Positions 55,748 through 64,000 of a stretch of DNA of 64,000 nucleotides are shown here, piece after piece. The translations under genes were made by a program, and so were the position numbers. Numbering within the stretch: the stretch's first letter is position 1; each line of letters begins with the position of its first letter. The DNA comes from Gemmatimonadaceae bacterium (GTDB taxonomy: Bacteria; Gemmatimonadota; Gemmatimonadetes; Gemmatimonadales; Gemmatimonadaceae). The notes beneath the pieces were generated by a model, which saw nothing but the letters and a program-made list of their open reading frames with translations, was not told the DNA's origin and ran no database searches. Location: assembly GCA_045803545.1 (NCBI GenBank), contig JBJMOW010000005.1:1088001-1152000 (forward strand), given 5' to 3'.

Positions 55748-56725
55748 CTACTCCGGCTGTGGCGATGGGATATTTGAATGCTGACGAAGCTTGACGAGCA
55801 GGCTGCTGCCGCCGCGCGAACGGATTTCCGCTGCCAATGCTTCGCCCGTCGCCTCTGGATCTGTGGCGTCGAGTGCACGCGACCCACGGACGATGTGTTT
55901 GCCCGAGAGATCGGCGAGCATACCATATAATGTAGGCGTGCCGGTCACCGCGCTGACCAATGCGCCGATCGGCACCTGACACCCTCCGTCGAGCGCGGCC
56001 AGAAATGCGCGTTCGGCGCGAGTCGCCAGCGATGTTGGCGCATGATCGAGCTGCCGGAGCAGCGCCTGGGTCGGGGGGTCGTCCTTCCGCGCCTCGATTG
56101 CAATCGCGCCCTGACCGGGAGCCGGCAGCCACTCCGGCGGATCCAGGAACACTGCGATTCGCTGTTGCACACCGAGACGGATCAATCCGGCAGCGGCAAG
56201 AACAGCGGCGTGGACGCTCCCCTTCTCGACTTTGCCAAGTCGTGTCGGAACATTGCCGCGGAGCTCGACGACCTCGAGATCAGGCCGGCGAGCCAACAGC
56301 TGTGCGCGCCGCCGGAGACTCGATGTGCCGACGCGCGATCCCGCCGGCAAATCGTCCAATCCCTCGGCGCCGATCTGCCGATTCACCACGAGAACGTCGC
56401 GCGGATCTTCGCGCTCCAGCAGCGCCACGATTTCCAGCTCCTCCGGCAGATCGGTGGGCAGATCCTTGAGCGAGTGAACGGCGCAATCGACTTTGCCTTT
56501 GCTGAGAGCAACTTCGATCTCGTGAGTGAACAAACCTTTTGCGCCAATCACGGAAAGCGGCTCGTCGATTTTCTTGTCGCCGGTGGTTTTGAACGTGACA
56601 AGTTCAGCGTCGATCCCCCGCGCGTTGAGCGCACTCTCTACCAGTCGGGCCTGACGCAGGGCGAGCTCGGATGAACGCGTGCCGATGCGAATGATTTCGC
56701 GATCCGCCACCTTCTTAGACGGCAC
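55748..56725 (-). CDS. hemC: Hydroxymethylbilane synthase
   Basis: IGTRSSELAL, AVHSLKD, GTSSLRR, RGNVPTR, GGCQVPIG. Confidence 0.96.
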   Translation of the reverse strand: MPSKKVADREIIRIGTRSSELALRQARLVESALNARGIDAELVTFKTTGDKKIDEPLSVIGAKGLFTHEIEVALSKGKVDCAVHSLKDLPTDLPEELEIVALLEREDPRDVLVVNRQIGAEGLDDLPAGSRVGTSSLRRRAQLLARRPDLEVVELRGNVPTRLGKVEKGSVHAAVLAAAGLIRLGVQQRIAVFLDPPEWLPAPGQGAIAIEARKDDPPTQALLRQLDHAPTSLATRAERAFLAALDGGCQVPIGALVSAVTGTPTLYGMLADLSGKHIVRGSRALDATDPEATGEALAAEIRSRGGSSLLVKLRQHSNIPSPQPE

Positions 56726-58229
56726 TCAGCACAGCGGCAACGAGGCCATCCAGCGTCGACGGATCCGCTTCCGCCTTGACTTCGATTCCCGCCTCCTGGA
56801 GAGCAGCCGTTGTCTGCTCACCCATCGACGCTGCGCCAACCTTCTGCGCCAGATCGCTGCCCACGGCGGCGACGAAACCGCGCACGGCTGAACCGGACGT
56901 GAAGGTGACGAGGTCGATCTTGTCGCTCTCTAGCTGTTTGACGAGTCTGTCCGCGCCGTCGCCATCCGGAATCGACCGGTATGCCTCGATGACAGTGACC
57001 TCCGCGTTCAGCTCGCGCAGTCCGCGCGGCAGAACGTCACGTGCTCCTTCTGCAGTGACGTACAGCACCTTGGACTGAGCGACGTCGTCTCGCGCACCCA
57101 GAACGTCCAGCAACCCTTCCGCAACGAATCGCTCGGGAATGACATCGATCCTGATCCCATGCTCCAGCAGTGCGCCCGCGGTTGCCGGGCCGACCGCGCC
57201 GATCTTCACACCGGCAAGCGCGCGTGCGTCCCGACCCTCCCCCAGCAGCTGCTCCCAGAAAATCGAGACAGCGTTCTGGCTCGAGAAAATCAGCCAGTCG
57301 AAAGTGGGCAGGCGATGAATCGCTTCGCGCAGCGGCTGGAGATCGAGTCTGGCGATCTGGGTCGCCGGCATCTCGACGACCTGGGCGCCGAGCTCGCGAA
57401 GCTGGTCGCTGAGCGCTGGGGCCTGTTGTGTCGCGCGGGTGACCACGATCCGCTTTCCGAACAGTGGTCGGGTCTCGAACCAGTTCAACTCGTCGCGCAA
57501 GACGACCGCCCAGCCGATCACGATGATGACCGGTGCGGCGAGCTTCTCCTTCTCGGCTCGGTCTGCAATCGACTCGAGCGTCGCCACGACGGTACGTTGC
57601 TTCGGGTGCGTACCCCATTGGATCGCCGCGACGGGAACCTCACTCGGCATTCCATTCTTGATCAGCGTCGAAGCGATGGTCTTCAGCGTTTTGGTGCCCA
57701 TGTAGAGCACGATGGTGCCGCCTGACTTGGCGAGGGCACTCCAGTTGGTCTGCGAATGCGGCTTCGACGGATCCTCGTGACCCGTGACGAAGGTGACCGA
57801 AGTGGAGAGGCCACGATGAGTGACCGGAATTCCCGCGTATGCCGGAGCGGCGATTCCCGAGGTAATGCCAGGGACCACTTCGAATGGAACCGAGGCGTCA
57901 TTGAGCGCCTGCGCTTCTTCGCTGCCGCGGCCGAATACGAACGGATCGCCGCCCTTCAGTCGCACGACTCGCTTGCCCTCGCGCGCCAGCCTCACCATCA
58001 GCTCGTTGATTTCTTGTTGAGTGACGGAGTTTTTGTCCCCGCCGCGCTTCCCGACGTAAAAGAGCTCGGGCCTGCCAGTCTCCCGTGCGCGCGCTGGCAA
58101 CAGCGCCATGTTCGCGAGTGCGTCGTATACCACCGCGTCCGCAGAGTCGATCAACTGCTTTCCGCGCACAGTCAACAGGCCCGGATCACCGGGACCGGCA
58201 CCGACGAGAAAGATCTTTCCCTCGCTCAC
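56715..58229 (-). CDS. cobA/hemD: Fused uroporphyrinogen-III C-methyltransferase / uroporphyrinogen-III synthase
   Basis: GAGPGDPGLLT, RLKGGDPFVFGRG; then GKRIVVTR, FSSQNAV, FTSGSAV. Confidence 0.93.
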   Translation of the reverse strand: MSEGKIFLVGAGPGDPGLLTVRGKQLIDSADAVVYDALANMALLPARARETGRPELFYVGKRGGDKNSVTQQEINELMVRLAREGKRVVRLKGGDPFVFGRGSEEAQALNDASVPFEVVPGITSGIAAPAYAGIPVTHRGLSTSVTFVTGHEDPSKPHSQTNWSALAKSGGTIVLYMGTKTLKTIASTLIKNGMPSEVPVAAIQWGTHPKQRTVVATLESIADRAEKEKLAAPVIIVIGWAVVLRDELNWFETRPLFGKRIVVTRATQQAPALSDQLRELGAQVVEMPATQIARLDLQPLREAIHRLPTFDWLIFSSQNAVSIFWEQLLGEGRDARALAGVKIGAVGPATAGALLEHGIRIDVIPERFVAEGLLDVLGARDDVAQSKVLYVTAEGARDVLPRGLRELNAEVTVIEAYRSIPDGDGADRLVKQLESDKIDLVTFTSGSAVRGFVAAVGSDLAQKVGAASMGEQTTAALQEAGIEVKAEADPSTLDGLVAAVLSAV

Positions 58230-58235
58230 GATTGA

Positions 58236-59375
58236 TTATGCAGCGTCGGTTGAGAGTCCGACTTTGACCGCCCACTCGGCGTAGACCACGGGCGAAATCT
58301 CAGATGGCTTGATCTCGCTACGCCCGCCCCAGAAGACGTTGGTGTAGGAAACCGGGATGCCAGCTTCTTCGAGGTGACGATCGATCGCTGCCTTGTGTTC
58401 GAGGACGAGGGATTTGTCGGTGCCGTGCGCCACAGCCATCAGATTTACGTTGCTGAACTCGGGCCCACCCTCGCGCCAATAGGCGTGGGTGAGAATGTGA
58501 TGGCGGCCAACCTCGCGTCCCGCTTCGATCTCGCGGCCCGCCGGCACTCGCCAGTGGAACAGCGCGTTGTAACGCGTGACCCGTTCGCCCGTCGCCGATG
58601 GCTTCACGTGCTCGAGAAAAGTCGAGAACCGTCCGATGACTTTCCGATCGTGCAGCGACCGAGCGACGCGCAGGAACTCGTCGTACGAAACCCCCACTTC
58701 CGCCGCCCGCCGTCGCCACGGGTGCGACTGAATCTCATCGATCCCGAACTCTCGCTTTAGCGCGGTCAGGACCTGCCATTCGCGCGCGCTCAGCTCAACG
58801 ACATTGGTGTCGATCACGCGACCCAACTCCTCACTCCGTGAGCCCGGCTCGATTCCGCGACGGCGCACGTGTCCGACTCCCAGTGCGAATAACCGCTTGG
58901 CTGGCATCACACGAAAGGTGTTGGCACCGACTTTACCAGCGAGGAACACGCAGTGCCGTTCCATGGAGAAACCAACTGGCACTTTGAGAGTCGTCCACAG
59001 CCGATAAACCGATCCCGGTGTTGCCGCATCAGTCGATCTGATCACGACGTGACCAGAGAATGGATCTTCCCGGAACATGAATTCGAACGCTGAATCGAGC
59101 TGCTCGTTGGGAAGCCGCCAGGCCACCAGGGCACCCGGCGCCAGATTCGTCGCCATCAGTGTCTGACGAATGCGACGCACGACGCCAGCTTCGAGCATAG
59201 CCTGAAGTCGCTCGACGACTGTCTCCTCGGAGAGATCAGTTGCAGCAGCTATATCTGCAAACGGCTCCTCAATGAACCCCGGCAGCCGGTCCTCAGACAC
59301 GGTCAGGATACGCGCGTTGATCGGATCCGACACTGTGGTCGGGATCGCAGCCGATGGAGCGTGAACCGACGTCAC
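58236..59375 (-). CDS. ahbAB: Fused siroheme decarboxylase alpha/beta (AhbAB / NirDL-like, two Lrp/AsnC-like halves)
   Basis: Two HTH+ferredoxin-like halves (PFADIA..GVVRRI, GHVVIR; PWRRRA..VIGRF, THAYWR, NLMAVAHG); located in a heme operon. Confidence 0.8.
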   Translation of the reverse strand: MTSVHAPSAAIPTTVSDPINARILTVSEDRLPGFIEEPFADIAAATDLSEETVVERLQAMLEAGVVRRIRQTLMATNLAPGALVAWRLPNEQLDSAFEFMFREDPFSGHVVIRSTDAATPGSVYRLWTTLKVPVGFSMERHCVFLAGKVGANTFRVMPAKRLFALGVGHVRRRGIEPGSRSEELGRVIDTNVVELSAREWQVLTALKREFGIDEIQSHPWRRRAAEVGVSYDEFLRVARSLHDRKVIGRFSTFLEHVKPSATGERVTRYNALFHWRVPAGREIEAGREVGRHHILTHAYWREGGPEFSNVNLMAVAHGTDKSLVLEHKAAIDRHLEEAGIPVSYTNVFWGGRSEIKPSEISPVVYAEWAVKVGLSTDAA

Positions 59376-59482
59376 CGTGCCCTCACTCTCTTTCTGCGCA
59401 GCCAGAGGCTTACGGCGTACAGCGTGTAGATAGACAGCGCGATCGTATATGCTATGTGATAGTACGCCGACGTCTCAGGCAT
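59372..59482 (-). CDS. ccmD: Heme exporter protein D (36 aa, absent from ORF track)
   Basis: MPETSAYYHIAYTIALSIYTLYAVSLWLRRKRVRAR; single TM plus basic tail; overlaps the ccmC stop and the ahbAB start. Confidence 0.8.
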   Translation of the reverse strand: MPETSAYYHIAYTIALSIYTLYAVSLWLRRKRVRAR

Positions 59483-60143
59483 GCTCGAACCTCGCGCTCC
59501 ACGCATCTCGCTCGACCGCGTACGCATACCGACTGCGCAAGAATGCGAAGTACAACAGGGTGAACGAGAACAGTGAGAGCATCAACGTCATCAGCATCTC
59601 GCCCGGCAACGAAGGCTTGCTGGGCTTACCGACGATTGGCATCGGATGCATCGTCGAGAACAGATAGACGCTGAGATGAATGAACGGGATTAACAGTGCT
59701 CCGAGAATGCCGAGTACCGCGGAATAGCGCGCACGCAAGTCGGGCGAGTCGATTGCACCGCGGAGCACCAGATACGCGAGATAGATGAACCACAGAAAGA
59801 GCGTCGAGACCAGTCGCACGTCCCACCACGCCCAGAAGGTTCCCCAGATCGGCTTCGCCCACAATGGCCCGGTGATCAAAACCACCGTGGTGAAAACCAC
59901 TCCGACTTCCGCCGAGCTCTCGGCGAATCGGTCGAGGCGCTGATCGCGGAGCCACAAGTAGACTCCGCTGGCGACCGCAACGAGAAAGAACGCCAGGAAG
60001 GCCACCCACGCGGCGGGAACATGCAAATAGAAAATTTTTTGCGCCGCTCCCTGCTTTGCCTCGAGCGGTGTGTAGAACGCGGCCCTGATGATGGTGCCGA
60101 CCACCGCCACTCCTGCCGCAAGCGGGAGCCAGGAAATTCTCAT
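59475..60143 (-). CDS. ccmC: Heme exporter protein C
   Basis: IFYLHVP, WWD motif (WAKPIWGTFWAWWDVRL), TMHP. Confidence 0.93.
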   Translation of the reverse strand: MRISWLPLAAGVAVVGTIIRAAFYTPLEAKQGAAQKIFYLHVPAAWVAFLAFFLVAVASGVYLWLRDQRLDRFAESSAEVGVVFTTVVLITGPLWAKPIWGTFWAWWDVRLVSTLFLWFIYLAYLVLRGAIDSPDLRARYSAVLGILGALLIPFIHLSVYLFSTMHPMPIVGKPSKPSLPGEMLMTLMLSLFSFTLLYFAFLRSRYAYAVERDAWSARFEHA

Positions 60144-60219
60144 GACTACAAATCTACTTCGTGGGGCAATCGGGCTGCCCACGGGTTCCTCAGCATCTCC
60201 AAAACTGAAGTCGGCGTCC

Positions 60220-60900
60220 TCAATCCTCGACCGTGAACGGATACGCCACCGCGCACGCTGCAATGAACACAATGTCGAACGCCACCAGTAGTTTGATCCA
60301 GGCAGCGACCTCGACCACCGGACGACCGCCAATCAATTTCGCGGTCGCCTGCGCAGCGCCGATCACGATCGGGACGAAAAACGGTAGCGCCAGCATCGGG
60401 AGCAGCAGCTCGGCGAGTCGGGTGTTGACGGCCATTGCGCTGAATAGCGTCCCCACCGCAGTCAAACCGATCGCCGCAAGAATCGCGATCGCCAGCAGCG
60501 GCCCGGCGACAGTGCCGAGCGGCAGGTTGTAGAACACCACCAGCGCCGGAATCGCGATCAGCTGCACCGCAATAACGAACACGAGATTCGCGATACACTT
60601 GCCGAGGAAGATTGCCTCGCGAGTGACTGGAGAGGCGAGGATGCCATCGATCGCGTGATCGGCCATCTCGACGCCGAATGATCGATGGAGCCCCAGCAAG
60701 CCGGAGAAAGTGAAGATGACCCACATGACACCGGGCGCGAGATCAGTCGTCGTAACCGCCGTCGGATCCCAGGCGAAGTAGAAGATTACCAGGCCGAGCA
60801 GCGCGAATACGACGGCGGACAGGAACGCGGTGCGGGTACGAAACTCGATCGTGAGATCCTTGCGGGCGATCAACCACGCGGACGAGAGGATGTCAGCCAC
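60220..60900 (-). CDS. ccmB: Heme exporter protein B
   Basis: KDLTIEFR, APGVMW, LLPMLALPFFVP. Confidence 0.92.
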   Translation of the reverse strand: MADILSSAWLIARKDLTIEFRTRTAFLSAVVFALLGLVIFYFAWDPTAVTTTDLAPGVMWVIFTFSGLLGLHRSFGVEMADHAIDGILASPVTREAIFLGKCIANLVFVIAVQLIAIPALVVFYNLPLGTVAGPLLAIAILAAIGLTAVGTLFSAMAVNTRLAELLLPMLALPFFVPIVIGAAQATAKLIGGRPVVEVAAWIKLLVAFDIVFIAACAVAYPFTVED

Positions 60901-61627
60901 CCTTTGCCAGCGCCTCGCGATAGAGCGTCCCGTAAGCAGACGGTTCGATGCGATCGGTCCCGTCGTAGCGGACGAACTTGCCACGATTCATGACCGCAGC
61001 GTATGTCGCCAGCGACAATCCCTCCGCCAGATTATGGGTGACGATGATGATGGACGTCCCCGCGGCCCGCAGCTCCCGCAACAGCGATGTAAGCGCGCGC
61101 GCGCCGCCGTCATCGAGGCCACTGTACGGCTCGTCGGCGAGGACGATTTGCGGCGAATGAACCATGGCTCGCGCTATCGACACCCGCTGCTGCATCCCTC
61201 GACTCAGGAAACGCACCGGAGTATCGGCTCGCTCGATCATCGACATGCGCCTCAGCGCATCGTCGACGCGGGCGCGCGGATCACGGATGCCATAAAGGCG
61301 CGCCGCAAAAGACACGTTTTCGCGTGGCGACAGAGAATCGTACAGCATGGTGTGGTGCGAGATGAGGCCAATACGCGAGCGTGCGAGCGGCCCACCGGGG
61401 AGTGGAATCCCTGAGATCCGCGCGGTGCCCGAAGTCGGCTTGAGGAGACCTGCGAGCACTCGCAAAAGTGTAGTTTTCCCTGCTCCGTTCGGGCCAAACA
61501 GCGCCAGGCACTCTCCTGCGGCGAGCGAGAACGAGACCCCGGCGACAGCCGATCGCGAAGCGAAGGCGCGCGTGAGCGCGGCCACCTCGACGACCGGTGG
61601 TTCGGATTGAGAGATTGTGGAGGACAT
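60893..61627 (-). CDS. ccmA: Heme ABC exporter ATP-binding protein
   Basis: GPNGAGKTT, LSRGMQQR, LADEPYSGLD; upstream of ccmB. Confidence 0.92.
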   Translation of the reverse strand: MSSTISQSEPPVVEVAALTRAFASRSAVAGVSFSLAAGECLALFGPNGAGKTTLLRVLAGLLKPTSGTARISGIPLPGGPLARSRIGLISHHTMLYDSLSPRENVSFAARLYGIRDPRARVDDALRRMSMIERADTPVRFLSRGMQQRVSIARAMVHSPQIVLADEPYSGLDDGGARALTSLLRELRAAGTSIIIVTHNLAEGLSLATYAAVMNRGKFVRYDGTDRIEPSAYGTLYREALAKGG

Positions 61628-61699
61628 TCGTCTAGAACTTGCCACGCTGGAAAGAGCGGCGCAAAATCCAGCCTCGACCGTTTACGCGTGCCATAGCCA

Positions 61700-63709
<2,010 letters not shown>

Positions 63710-63832
63710 TTTCTATCACCCAATCGCGCGAAGTAGTCTCGACGCAATCCTCTTGCTCAACAAAAGGTTAAGCTGATAAACCGAACAAAGGCCGACGCAT
63801 TTTGGCACCGGCACGAAGTGCAAAAATATTTC

Positions 63833-63860
63833 TTGACTCCTCAGGGCAAACCCGTAGGTT
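63833..63860 (+). promoter_or_regulatory. Putative sigma70 promoter for a gene beyond the window
   Basis: TTGACT-N16-TAGGTT preceded by an AT-rich UP-like tract (AAAAATATTT). Confidence 0.5.
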
Positions 63861-64000
63861 AGCTCCGCGCGGCAACCCCCGAAAACCCGCCGAAAACAGA
63901 ACCGCTTTCGCGGAGTGACTTCGCGAAAAAGTCAACGGACTTCTCTCCGAATACTGGGTGAAAACCCCGTTGCAGGCAGGGTCCGTTTTCGTCTTATAGG

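Noticed and set aside
63802..63823. Sigma54 promoter (TGGCAC)
   Set aside because: The GG to GC spacing does not fit -24/-12
63843..63900. c-di-GMP-I (GEMM) riboswitch suggested by GGGCAAACCC
   Set aside because: The downstream GNRA stem and GACGCAAAG elements are absent, and the motif falls within a promoter spacer

Overview
GC-rich bacterial chromosomal window with dense, mostly housekeeping gene content; I found no rRNA, tRNA, CRISPR array, transposase or phage genes. The gene set and protein style (SprA, Oar-type TonB receptor, ccm/ahb heme operon) suggest Gemmatimonadota or another FCB-group lineage, which is inference. Main blocks, in order: (1) 0.2-4.4 kb, a pseudo-receiver/AraC regulator, a 43-aa Cys-loop lipopeptide, an orphan TPR protein and a peptide-binding ABC lipoprotein, linked by a shared 21-bp direct-repeat operator. 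This is the best candidate for an undescribed Rap/Phr-like peptide-signalling circuit in a diderm bacterium. (2) A 13-kb sprA-M28 (glutaminyl cyclase-like)-MFS-comEA-pilB-pilT-pilC operon, divergent from lptF-lptG-mlaE-mlaD. (3) A TonB receptor, an APC permease and ctaA/ctaB preceded by a stand-alone CoxII-TM-like microprotein. (4) An ACP-less unusual lipid/polyketide cluster (DUF92, B12 radical SAM, FAD reductase, flavin reductase, methyltransferase, SRPBCC cyclase, FabF-like KS). (5) An 18-bp-unit repeat family forming inverted arrays, one of which brackets a small membrane gene. (6) ccmABC plus an unannotated ccmD, followed by ahbAB-cobA/hemD-hemC-hemB, and then acs. Product calls come from motif recognition by eye, not database searches. 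Two apparent 1-nt homopolymer indels suggest assembly errors.
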